DNA from: Vitrella brassicaformis CCMP3155
Lineage: Eukaryota; Protista; Chromerida
Assembly (NCBI GenBank): GCA_001179505.1
Contig: CDMY01000061.1
Span: 135,887 to 199,886, forward strand
DNA: 64,000 bases
Direction of reading: 5' to 3'
A program made the translations under genes and the position numbers. Shown one piece after another: positions 52,683-64,000 of the stretch. The notes under the pieces were generated by a model, which was not told where the DNA came from, ran no database searches, and was given only the letters and a program-made list of their open reading frames with translations. Position 1 is the first letter of the stretch; the number at the start of each line of letters is the position of its first letter.

Positions 52683-52876
52683 CCCCCCCCCCCCCCCTCC
52701 AAATGGTGGGGGCGTACAGTCTGGCGGCGGTCTATTGGTCGATATGTAGCATTGATGTCTCGTGGACTCAACTCAAATTATTACGCCTGCAGTTGCTTTC
52801 ATTAGCTCCCAGAGGGCCTCAAACCAAAGTATTGGACAAAGTCAATAAGACAAGCGTCTAAGCATTGAGCAGCATT

Positions 52877-52915
<39 letters not shown>

Positions 52916-52920
52916 GGAGA
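52877..52920 (+). repeat. (GA)n microsatellite, representative of many intronic GT/CAGA/TCCA/GA tracts
   Basis: gagagagaga... run visible directly. Confidence 0.9.
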
Positions 52921-53765
52921 CACAATTGGCAATGTCAAACAACCAAATCGCACCATAGTAAGTTGGAACATCGAATTGAGAAGTCATCGTCAGCTCAAGA
53001 AGTGCGTTCGATGTTTGTTCCGCAGAGGCCCTTTGACACTTATTGCGCCACTTCTTTCTTGCCGGAATTTCTTCTCGGCGAAGATTCATTCGAGAGAGAG
53101 ATTATTGATGTCGCCGTTTTTAACACTCAGCGGCTTGCTGATCCCTCCCCACATCACTGGCAAACACCACAGTCTGCCGCGTCATCCCGATTCAGGCAGA
53201 CCGAATAGATAGGTTGATCTGTGGTGTACTGCCGATGACAAAGAGCTGATGGAACATCTGACCTGCAGTGCTCGAATTGAAGGCTCAAGTTGAAGTGATC
53301 TGGAAATAGCCAATGGCCAACAGGAAGGCAGTACCGTCTGGACGCCGGCATGTAGTGTACCCCGCGGGCTCTCGAACTCCTCCACGTGAGACCACCGACG
53401 AGCAGCAGCCAATGGCGGCCGTCCACCCACGCCCATGTTAAGGGGCCGGTTTTGATGGGATTCACGCTACATGGATAGCATTTGCTCGGTCTGGAGACAC
53501 TTTTTGATGAGAGGCACTCACGATTCAATCGACAAGCATGAAGACAGACAAGCACAGACACACAGACACACGTACGAAGTCTCGTACGAAGTCTCACACA
53601 CGTAGACCAGTGACCATGGATTTGTTTGCGTATGCCTTTGGTCGACACAATGTGTAAACCTTGAGTGGCTACCGTAGTCCTGTTTTTGGGCGGAGAGCAA
53701 TGGGCGCATGCGTGCCGACAGAGCTGGCAAAGGTGGATCATGATCTGATACCTTCCTTGATTTAG

Positions 53766-54024
53766 GTTCGCGGCTGTGTTGACTTTCGGTGGTGTGCTTC
53801 TTCTTTGACGGGGCGAGGAGCGATGGCGCTTGCGCCAGGACAAAGCTCGGAGTGGCGCTCCCGATTCAGCTTGACGGCTGTGTAAATTTTCGGTGAGTGC
53901 CGTGGTGTGTTCTTTTTGACGAAGTAATGAACGCTGGCCGCTCGCGTGTGAACACAGCATAGCGAGATGTATCATGCATTGACACAATCGTGCTGATTTA
54001 GGTCTACAGCTGTGTCAACTTTCG
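53766..54024 (+). repeat. Three related 23-nt units each bounded by AG and GT (candidate microexons)
   Basis: 53766-53788 gttcgcggctgtgttgactttcg; 53870-53892 cttgacggctgtgtaaattttcg; 54002-54024 gtctacagctgtgtcaactttcg. Confidence 0.55.
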
Positions 54025-57000
54025 GTGGCTGGTTCTCTTTCTCAAGACGGCGCAGGGCGATGGCCGCTGGCGTGGAAACACAGCATAGCGAGATGTATCA
54101 GACATACATGCTTTTGCATCGAATGAATGAGAGTCCCGAGAGAAATCAGCACAAAACGCCGAATTCCGTTAATACCGTCGCGAGGCTTGTTTTCTCCACT
54201 GCAAGGCCACTCGACGCCCTACAGGCCCCAGGACCACCCTAGCCTCATCTTGCCGGTCAGGATGATAGGCGACTTGACCCCTGGCGTGGAACTGCAGTGA
54301 GACGCCCACCCAGAGACGAGAAGAAGGACGGCATTCAAGTTGCGGGGCCTCCTGGTGCTGACAGCCCCGCCCCAACGACCCACGACCCGACAGCCACCCT
54401 CTGCAAAGAGCGGGCAACGGTGCAAGGGGGAAGAGCGGTGCATGCAGTGAGGTGAGCTGCAGTGAGGTGAGCCGCATCGGAAGCAGGTAACGACACACAT
54501 GAAAAGACCCTCAGACCACCCGAAAAGACTGGGGTAAACCTCCCCGAATCACTGCAAACCGACTGGGGCAAACCTCCCCTCACACACGCACACCACTCAA
54601 TCACCCTTCCATACACCCATTCGCCGATGGACACGACTGACAGAGACAATGATCATGAGTCACCCTCCCCCCCCCCCTCCTCCCCACTCCCCTCCGTCCG
54701 AGCCCGCAAAGAGACTGGAGGTCTGCTTGAGTCGCGTCATGACGTACGAGCGCGTCCTTCGATGGACGCTCTGGGAGGCAATGCATACCCGGCCATGCAC
54801 AAACGAGGAACACCGAGCGAACATCCCGCAGCATGAACAGGAGACATGCATCGCACCAATCGGCCTTTGGGAGAGCAGCATCCCACCAGGGATCGATTGG
54901 AGCGACAGAAAACACGAGCAGCAGGTTGATTGGTTCGATGAGAGGGCGGTCTGGCTGAGGGGCGAACTAGGCTGGCTGATCCACTTGTTCTCCACGGGCA
55001 ACTGGGCCCCGAGATGGACGGAATTCGCGGGCGACGGGACAATCGGCTTGCCGCACGCTTCCTGTTCCCAGGCACTGACGAGGCAAAGCTGTTTTACTGC
55101 GTCTACCTCTCGCAAGGACAGACCCCTGATGAGTTCCAATCGTTCGATGGTGCCTTCCTGGCCACACAGAGGGCCAGCATGGACGTCGGGCGAGTAACAG
55201 ACATCCGAGAGGGAGCTGAGACGGTGGTCGATATGCTTCAGAGAGCAAAGGCCGAACACATGGTTGATAGCATCGAGAGAACAGTTGGATTGATCCCCTG
55301 GAGCCCTGGCTGCAGCCCGATGATCCCGTGTCTGAAACCAGAGATCACAGTGCAGGGGACAGCATCTGCGCTGACTGCCACACCCCGACAACATCCTACG
55401 AAGACATGACTCTACCTGGACCACAATTCTCTCAAGATGGCCTCCCTGACAGAGAACAAATCGAGGCCTACTACACCGAAATCTACTTCATGGAAAGGGA
55501 GACACAGTGGGAGTGTACGTCTGCCTTTCACCGCACGCCGTCCTGGCAGCAGACGAAGATGCAGGAGGTGACCACGAGCTTCAGCGGCTGTCAGTGGTTC
55601 TTCACAAAGACACCATGCTGGCAGACGCCGACGGAGATCTCGGAACTCCAGCGCCCCATCACCATCCGAGCGGCGAAAGGGGAAGAACACCCAGCCCTGT
55701 CTCTCCAGCCCGTGGCCCTCGCTGGTTTCCAGCCGATGGGGACGGATATCATCCTGCTGTATGCGAGCCCTGGGGAGCTGCCCGGGAGCCAAACCAAACA
55801 AGGACCCACGACGTGGAACACGATCAACCTGACCAAACTTGAAGAAGATGACAGGCCTCTGGGGATCATCGGTATCGCATATGCCCTCCTCCCTCCAGCC
55901 ACGGTGACGCGCAGCATGAACGCGAGACAAGCGATCTCTGCATACCGACTGGATAAGGACGAGGACGAGGACGAGCAGCGACATAGCGACATGGATAGCA
56001 GCCAGCCAGCCCCGGCCGGCCGATCGGCAGATGGGCAGGACCCGACCAACACGGCACCCTCCGTGCAGGAAGGAACCGTGGGAGAGAATCGGGAGCAGGA
56101 GAGGGGAGAGATGGACCTCCCCGCGCCACATGAAGCCCCTCTACTGAAGAAGGTTGCACAGCGCTTCCAGGTGGACCCAGCCGAGCACAATCGTGCCACT
56201 AACCTTTTGTTGTCATCTCCACTCCCCAGAATCACCCAACGAACGACCGACGATGCCTTGATGGCCGCCATGGAGAAGGTACTCAACGGGCCAGCCACAA
56301 CGGCACACAAACAGGCCACCACAGACACCACCATACAGATGCTGCAAGACGCCACAACAAGGATAATCCAGAACCGAGAAGAAATCTGTGTCAGAGACAG
56401 ATCTCTGGGGTTTGAATTGCAGTGCAGCAGAACCGACAGGCTCAGCAACCTTCTGAGTGCAGGCGCAGCGAGCCTGGAGGGAACTTGTGGATTCATGATC
56501 CTACAGCCGGTGAAGGAGATAGAGGAGAGGGGGCGGCGACGATCTTCTAAGAAGCAAAGGATCCGAGGACAGCGGTTTGAGCTCTGGGTACTTCTACGCC
56601 AACAACAAGAGAACAAGCCGTGGCAACTGCGACCCTGCACCCCACCACAACAAAGGCCCGCCCAAATGCCACCCAGCCTGCCGACACACACGGACAACCA
56701 GCATCACACGGACACATCCGGGGAGAATACGAGAGTGGCCATGCGCTTACAGAGCCATGAGCTGATGTCGGCAGAAAAGGTGATACGAGACATGACACGT
56801 AGCATGCCTGACGGCGACCTGCCGACACTGACAAGGGCCAAGACAGAAGTACACGGACCCCCCCTCGCCTTTGCACTCCGACAGACGCCATGCAGTACCA
56901 CCTTTCACCCGGCAGAATACGGTTTTACACCAGAGTACCTGGCCTACAGAGAAATGAACCCGTTGCTGTGGGAACTCGCCCTCGGCATATGCCACATGAC

Positions 57001-57550
57001 TAGGAGTGACAAGCTCTCTCCAGCACAGACCACGCAGCTTTGGGAACGACACCCACACCCTCCGCTTGAACTGGCAGAGGTAGAGACACTCATGGCGGAC
57101 TTGATTCGGACGTTAATGATGAACAACGCGGAGACGCGGGGGATGAAGACGCACATTGAGGCCCGTTGTCTCGATAAGCCGACAGCGTCTCCGCCCCTGA
57201 CACAGCTGACGGAGAGCATGACGCGCCACTCAATCCTGGTCCTGCATCGCTGGCCGCTGTCGCTGGAGCGAGGACTCGCACTCGCGAGATGGAGGGCTGG
57301 ACGCATGATGCTTTGCCTGACCGCAGACGGAGTTGAGAAGCCGGCTCCCCCAGTTGTGGTGCACCAGCTCCTGCCCGACGCAGAGACACTTTGTGTGGTC
57401 CGCGCTGAGCTCCGGCCTAGCCTACCCCACCTGTCCGCCGAATTGCTCGATCGAGAGGCAACCTTACAAGCATCCCACAACACTCTCACTAGATGGGCAG
57501 GCACCCGCACTGGGTCCATCGATGGACGGGCAAGCCATCAGGAATGGGGC

Positions 57551-58430
57551 GTGGTGACTTGAAATCTCGGGAAGGGACTCGAAAGAAAGGTCGCGTTGAT
57601 TCGGGAGCTGACCCTCACACAGAGTACGGCCCTGGTCTTGCTGCAGGAGACGGGCCGCCTCACAGACAAGCACAGATTTATGATGCAGGAGCATTTCGAA
57701 CAGCACTGGCAGTCCATCCTACCGGCCCTCCCGAAGAAGACTGCCATGCTATCAGGCGCAGCCGGCGTCTGCATCCTGGTCAACACCAACCTCATACCTG
57801 GATGTTCGATTACCACCATGCCGACCACTGAGAGATACGTGAGACACCTGATGATCCTCAAAGTGACCGACCCAATAGACTCGACAAATGTGACTTTCAT
57901 CTTCAATGTCTATGCACCGTGTGGAGCGACCGAAACCGAACCGTTTCTGCAGTACATGGACACCTGTATCAACTCGATAAGAGGAACGTACCCGACAGCG
58001 CACATTTTGATAGGAGGCGACTTCAATGCAGTAGAGGAGGAGGGCGAACGCATCACCCATGCCCCCGGCCACACCAACACAACCACACCACTCAAAAACA
58101 AAGACAAGTGTCTGAGAGAGATCAAACAAAAGCACGGTCTCTCAAGCCTCACCCCCGCCCCCATCACCCTCCTGTGCAGGGACGTACCTACCATCAACGA
58201 CACGAGCGGTGAGCAGCAAAGGAATCCAGGCCCCATGCTCTCTATCTCGTGGACGAACATGGGACGAGGGGAGGGAGACAGACACTTTTTCTCGATGCTC
58301 GATCGATTCCTGGCAACCCCCACGCTGCTCACGGCAGGGGACCCCCCTACTGCTCACTGCTCATACGCCCTGGACCCCCCGCTCCTCGACCAGGCGGCTG
58401 CCCTGTCGTCACACCTGCCGATCGCCTGCC
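57551..58430 (+). pseudogene. LINE APE endonuclease domain
   Basis: VVT*NLGKGL (TWN motif with TGG>TGA), LVLLQET, GVCILV, NVYAP, IGGDFN, SWT, LDRFL, SSHLPI. Confidence 0.9.
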
Positions 58431-59239
58431 GGATCCGGAACAGCATAAACTACTCACCCCCCAAACGACTGCGCCACCAGGCAAGACCGAGGTTTCCCCT
58501 TGACCGCGAGGCCTGCATGCCCTTCCTCCTGGAGTTCCAGCGGCGGTGCGAGTACGGCGAGGAACCAGCCGTGCAAGAAACAGAGCAACTGCCGGCAAAA
58601 TAGGCCTCAACCTTGGAGCATCTCCTCCGGAGGCTCCTGCACGCCATGGTTGAGTGCGTCCCCCAGCTACGCGGCCTCACAACTGCAAGCCATTGGGAAC
58701 ATGATGGAAGCCACACATGCCAACATGCCCCTCCTGCAGCTCCGAGTTCTCCACGCTCACTTTGCGAATGGGATGTCACTCCCTAGACCCCTGGGACAAC
58801 TCAGCCGAAGCGACTTCGGAGAGATCAAGAGGACACTGGAGGCAAAGATGCAGCGAGACATAACGGCGCTTGAGAGAGAATGGCAGAAGCTTACCGAGCA
58901 ACAGAATGCCGCAGCAGACCGAGACACAGGCCGACGCACGTCGATCATGTTCAAAGAGACACAGAAGACAGCAAACAAGAGATTCAAGATGCAGGTCTCA
59001 AGGTCGACGAACCTCACACAGCTTCGACGAGCAGACGGGACGCTGACGGACGGCCCTAAGGAGCTAGAGAGGGTGATGTTCGACGGCTTCGAGGCGAAAT
59101 ACGGACATGCCCCTCCACCCCCAAGCGCCGACGTGCTCGAGTGGCTCGACGTTGTCCTAGCGGACCGGCAGCAGCCCAACCAACAGCTGAGCAATTACCC
59201 CTCCTTAACCGAACGGCTGAGCCCGGAAGCTATTAAACG

Positions 59240-60210
59240 AGCGATACGTAAGCTGGGCAACGGCAAGTCCACACCAGACAACACGCCTGGGGAGATCCTG
59301 AAATGGTCACCGCCAGTGGTCATGGAGACATTCCTGGACGCACTATTTATTTTGATCCACGGAGGCCAACCCCTGCATATCCTTGGAGAAGCCACAACCT
59401 CCTATATATACAAGAAGAACGACCCGGACGAGCTGAGCAGTTGGAGGCCGGTATCAGCCCAAAACCCATTTATCAAGGCCGTCGCCAAGACCCTTCAAGC
59501 TGAATCGGAAGAGCTCGCTGAGAAGCACGGCATCATTGCTGAGCAGCAAAAGGGCTTCCGCATTGACTCATCTTGCCATCACCAAGTTGCCACGCTCGCT
59601 CACCTTATCTCAGACGCACAGGCGCACGAGGAAGAGATTTGGATAGGATACATCGACCTGTCTGATGCGTATGGCTGTGTTGACCATCAGACCCTGCTTG
59701 AGATCATGGTCTGATCTCACAGGTCGCACAGGTAGCCACCTTTCTGGCGTCAGCCTCTACACGCATATCGCACCCTGAGTTTGGAAAAACAGACCGCATA
59801 CCCTATCGGAAAGGCCTGCCACAAGGTGACCCCCTCTCCCCCTTCCTCTTTCTCCTCTACCTGGACCCCATCGTCCGGGAGATTAACGCGAGCGGGGAGG
59901 CAATCCACCTCCGTTAGACAAAGCGACGGAAGGGTGTCAACCCTTTTGCGGACGACATGGCCTGCCTAGCGCGCCGAATTGTAGCACTTCGCAAGCTTCT
60001 CCTCCTGCTGGCGTTCCGGGCCCAGCCCATGCACCTCGTCATCAACCCGCTAAAGAGCAGCATCACTGGATGGTCGCCGAGCGGACGCAGCATACGGGAC
60101 CTCTGGAACAGCGAGGGAGAGCTGCTGGCAGAGTTCAGCGCAAGCGTATGGAAGAACTGCCCCATCTTGGAAAGCGAGCAGACATATCCCTACCTGGGCA
60201 TTCCCATCGA
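59240..60210 (+). pseudogene. LINE reverse transcriptase domain
   Basis: AIRKLGNGKS, YIYKK.D...SWRPVS, QQKGFR, IDLSDAYGCVDH, GLPQGDPLSPFLF (~59813), FADD (59945-59956), YLGI; stops at 59712 and 59915. Confidence 0.92.
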
Positions 60211-60939
60211 CGCCAGCCTCAAGCTGCAACACCTGTTTGAGGAGCTGGAAGCCGCCATCGAACAACGCTTTCAGGTCGTGTGTTGCTCCACCTCGACCCT
60301 AGAGGCAAAGATACAACATGTGGAATCGTCCTTACTCGGGATGTTGCGCTACAAGCTAGGTGTGCCAATCTTACCGCTCAGCCAGGTCCTCAAACTACAG
60401 GATGTGTTTCTGAAAGGCGTAGCGCGGATGCTCAGGCTACGGTCCGGAGTGCCGCGGAACCTCCTATGCAGCCCCGCGTCCCTTGGAGGCCTGGGAATAA
60501 GAAGCCCTCTGTACACATACATAGAGAGGTGTACGGATTTCTTACAAGGGTTGATCAATGACCCCAATGACCCCTTGGCAACCGAGCTGCTCACCCTCCT
60601 AAGCAGAGACACGGCCAAGCCTCCATACCTAACAAATATTTGTCAGATACACCAGCAGCTCAACCTACGATGGCAAAGAGTGAAGGCAACGAGCGAGGAC
60701 GACGGCCCGACCGGCAATCACCAGGGAAGTACAGCAGACGGAGAAGAGGGAGACACTCCAGAGGCCCAACAAGAGGGCCACCAGGACACGTTCGTTCTAC
60801 CGCCAGACAACCCCCCTGCTGGAAATGACGAGGGGAAGGCAACTGCGGCGGATGCAGCCAGCAGCATGCAAAACGCGAAGCACCTCATCAGCTTCCCTAT
60901 GCACGAAAACAGGATCCTTCACTCTCACGCTGACCTCGA

Positions 60940-62354
60940 CACGACAAGGCAGCACCTGGTGCGAAAGCTGCGAGCTTCGCCGAAAAGCCAGCGTCCTCCA
61001 CTGCAAACCGCAGCTTTCTGGCTGCAATTGACTGATGCCTCATCACTGCATGTTGCTTGATCTTTCCAGGGAATCACCTACCCAAAAAGCTGGCATTTGC
61101 CGACAAGAAGCTGGACATATGTGTACAGAAGCCAGCTTCCTTGACAGACTCACCAGCTCCTGTCACAAACACCACAGCTTTCTGGCTGCAATTGACTCAC
61201 TCATCATCACAGAGTGTTGCTTGATCATCCTGGCCCTCGCCCAACCAAAAAGCTGCTGTCTGCCGACAAGAAGCTGGACATATGTGTACAGAAGCCAGCT
61301 TTCTCACTGCAGACGCCAGCTCCCTCACTGCAAACCACAGCTTTCTGGCCGCAATCGACTGATTCATCATCACTGCATGTTGCTTGACCATCCCTGGCCC
61401 TCGACTACCCAAAAAGCTGGCGCTTGTCGACAAGAAGCTGGACACGTGTCTCATTGCAAGTTACACACAGAGCTTCAGTCGATACATGGATGACACCACC
61501 AGACCACTCTGTCCACTGGCATCCATCCATCCATCCGTGCATTCATTCATCCATCAATCAATCCGACTGTCGTGACCACACACCCATCCATCCATCCATC
61601 CCCATCACAGCTGTACAATGGCACCACACAAGCAAAACCGACACCATCCAACGTGGCTCACTCACTGCCCACTTCTGTGTGTAACTTGCAATGAGACACG
61701 TGTCCAGCTTCTTGTCGACAAGCGCCANNNNNNNNNNNNNNNNNNNNNNNNNNNNNNNNNNNNNNNNNNNNNNNNNNNNNNNNNNNNNNNNNNNNNNNNN
61801 NNNNNNNNNNNNNNNNNNNNNNNNNNNNNNNNNNNNNNNNNNNNNNNNNNNNNNNNNNNNNNNNNNNNNNNNNNNNNNNNNNNNNNNNNNNNNNNNNNNN
61901 NNNNNNNNNNNNNNNNNNNNNNNNNNNNNNNNNNNNNNNNNNNNNNNNNNNNNNNNNNNNNNNNNNNNNNNNNNNNNNNNNNNNNNNNNNNNNNNNNNNN
62001 NNNNNNNNNNNNNNNNNNNNNNNNNNNTCGGCAGACAGCAGCTTTTTGGTTGGGCGAGGGCCAGGATGATCAAGCAACACTCTGTGATGATGAGTGAGTC
62101 AATTGCAGCCAGAAAGCTGTGGTGTTTGTGACAGGAGCTGGTGAGTCTGTCAAGGAAGCTGGCTTCTGTACACATATGTCCAGCTTCTTGTCGGCAAATG
62201 CCAGCTTTTTGGGTAGGTGATTCCCTGGAAAGATCAAGCAACATGCAGTGATGAGGCATCAGTCAATTGCAGCCAGAAAGCTGCGGTTTGCAGTGGAGGA
62301 AGCTGGCTTTTCGGCGAAGCTCGCAGCTTTCACACCAGGTCCTGCCTTGTCGTG
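60940..62354. mobile_element. Non-autonomous foldback TIR element (CAC...GTG termini, 2-bp GA TSD) nested in the LINE ORF
   Basis: Left arm 60940-61471 and right arm 61674-62354 (with gap) are reverse complements. The left arm is built of three ~163-bp subrepeats. Removing the element plus one GA restores the frame: HSHADLD-VDMETFGDQ. Confidence 0.82.
61728..62027. other. Assembly gap (300 N) in the right arm of the foldback element
   Basis: Run of 300 N; comparison with the left arm implies a shorter true gap. Confidence 0.99.
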
Positions 62355-63281
62355 GACGTCGACATGGAAACTTTTGGCGACCAACGGATTCACATCTGTA
62401 GTGAGACAGGAAGAGCGACCTTCTATGAGGCAGACGGACGCTACATCGCGTCCATCCCCCTGTATGTGGCCGAGCGCTTGAATGCACAGCTGAACGCGGG
62501 CAGGCCAAGCGCCCCACTGCAGGCCAACCAGGAGACACTGTGTGCCGTGGTCAAGAAGGCCACACCACACACGAAACGAGGGAGACCAATCACGCTGATC
62601 TGGGCCTTCTTCCAACACCTGAATGAGGCCCTAGCCGACCAAGGAGTCGTCATAAAGCATGCCGTGGACTCCCCCCTCCTCCGAGAGGCCTTCCCCGATG
62701 CTAACCTATACTACAGCAAGATAGAGCCCCAGAACCTACGAGACAAGATCTCAGCCTTCGCACCACTCGCACACATACACACACTGGTGCGAGAATACAC
62801 GGCCATAGATGCATGCAATGAGACACTTAACAACACACTCCCTCTCCCCGACACACTGATTGCTCACCTCACGGAGGACGGAGAGACGTTTGTCGTGGTG
62901 ATTGCCCGGCTTGACTCGATAGTGGACGAGAAGCTTGACAGGCTGGCAGCCACGGCCCCTCAACAATGCCAGAAACTCAAGTGCGGACACTCATCGTCCC
63001 TCCCACTGACATACTGGGGAGACATCGACTACACCGACCTCCTCGCAGGCAAGACATTGAGGGGGCGGATTGGCATCGCTGTCTACCTCCTGGGGGGACA
63101 CGGGGCGCCGAAGACCGAAGGCCTGAAAACGGCATTCAAGAGCAAGAGCTTCAGAACGAGCAAAGATGAGGACCTTTCTCTACGCAGTGTAGGCTTCTGG
63201 CTGGGACAGGCAGGGCTGGCTTACTTCCAGCGGCCGGCGCAACCCCCTGAACCCACCTACAGCAGATACAAGGGCCCGCAC

Positions 63282-63699
63282 GTTTTCTCGGATGGCTCCC
63301 ACCACCAGAACAACTTTGACCCTGACGCCAGAGCCCGGTGCGTCCTGGGCGTGTACTCACAAGACACGAGCCCAGAGACAAACCTCGCCTACGCACCGCC
63401 ACCTTGGGCACACGGGGGCCACGCGGAGATTGTCGCGCTTGCGAGAGCGATCGACACCGCCGGAAAGGAGGGCTGGCACCACGTGCACATCTTCACCGAC
63501 AGCCACTCGAGCATCCATCTCCTCTATCAGCTGCTATACGCGCCACAGAGAATGCGAAAGCGCACGCTGACCTCAACTGCCAAGTTAATGATCGTTGCTG
63601 CTGAACGGTACGGACGCCCCATAGCCCTACACTGGTCCCCGTCGCACACGGGGATAAAGGGAAACGAAAAGGCCGACAAACTGGCGAGCAAGGGGGCCC
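63282..63699 (+). pseudogene. LINE RNase H domain
   Basis: VFSDGS, HAEIVALARAI, VHIFTDSHSSI, LHWSPSHTGIKGNEKADKLASKGA, with all catalytic D/E/D/D positions present. Confidence 0.92.
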
Positions 63700-64000
63700 T
63701 TGACGGCAGCAGCCCGATGATAGACCTCACAAGGCTCGGCATCCCCCCCCCCCTAAATCGACGAAGTGGGGCCTGGCGAGACAGCCAAAGACGACGAAGA
63801 TAGCGAATCGCATACTGACACCGGCAGAGGTGGCAGCAGAATACATGGAACACCATACCATGCGATCGCAACAAGCTGAAGGCAGCCCACGCCGATTTGC
63901 GTTATCTTCCGAGGGTGACAGGATCGCAAACCTCTGCCTGACATCTGCAGGAGGATTAGGTGTGGACGAAAGGGCGCGGATACTCGAGATACGCCATGGG

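Larger units (their letters stand above)
54200..64000 (+). mobile_element. Degenerate non-LTR retrotransposon (LINE) with APE endonuclease, RT and RNase H; 5' end approximate, 3' end beyond the window
   Basis: Intronless and free of host-type microsatellites. APE, RT and RNase H motifs occur in order, with several in-frame stops and frameshifts; the element is interrupted at 60940-62354. Confidence 0.92.

Noticed and set aside
52930-53750. Small ORFs (e.g. 52963-53208) as a gene
   Set aside because: Splice phases were inconsistent, no motif was recognised, and stops occur in all frames.
61011-61471. CRISPR-like array
   Set aside because: Units are ~163-bp degenerate tandem subrepeats without unique spacers, in eukaryotic DNA with no cas genes.

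Overview
Eukaryotic nuclear DNA: GC-rich, intron-dense, with GT/CAGA/TCCA microsatellite-filled introns and bipartite signal+F-transit leaders. This pattern suggests a chromerid alveolate of the Vitrella type (inference from sequence style only). The first ~50 kb hold about 19 spliced genes, mostly in tight head-to-head pairs: GPC1/NSUN5, DUF4079/MetAP2, EME1-like, two inverted GDPD paralogs around a central hairpin, PhoD/DUF1826, GCP4/GTSF1-like, SPRYD7-like/TECR, a low-complexity repeat protein, uL3m/orphan, ribokinase/tandem DOT1-like methyltransferase, and an orphan gene cut by an LTR. The last ~14 kb are mobile DNA: two copies of a 450-bp LTR (one a solo LTR with a 5-bp TSD) and a degenerate APE-RT-RNase H LINE that runs off the window. 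That LINE appears to have been one giant ORF and is interrupted by a foldback CAC...GTG element whose removal restores the reading frame. There are seven 300-N placeholder gaps. No rRNA, tRNA or CRISPR was seen. Exon joins were made by eye, so gene ends are approximate.
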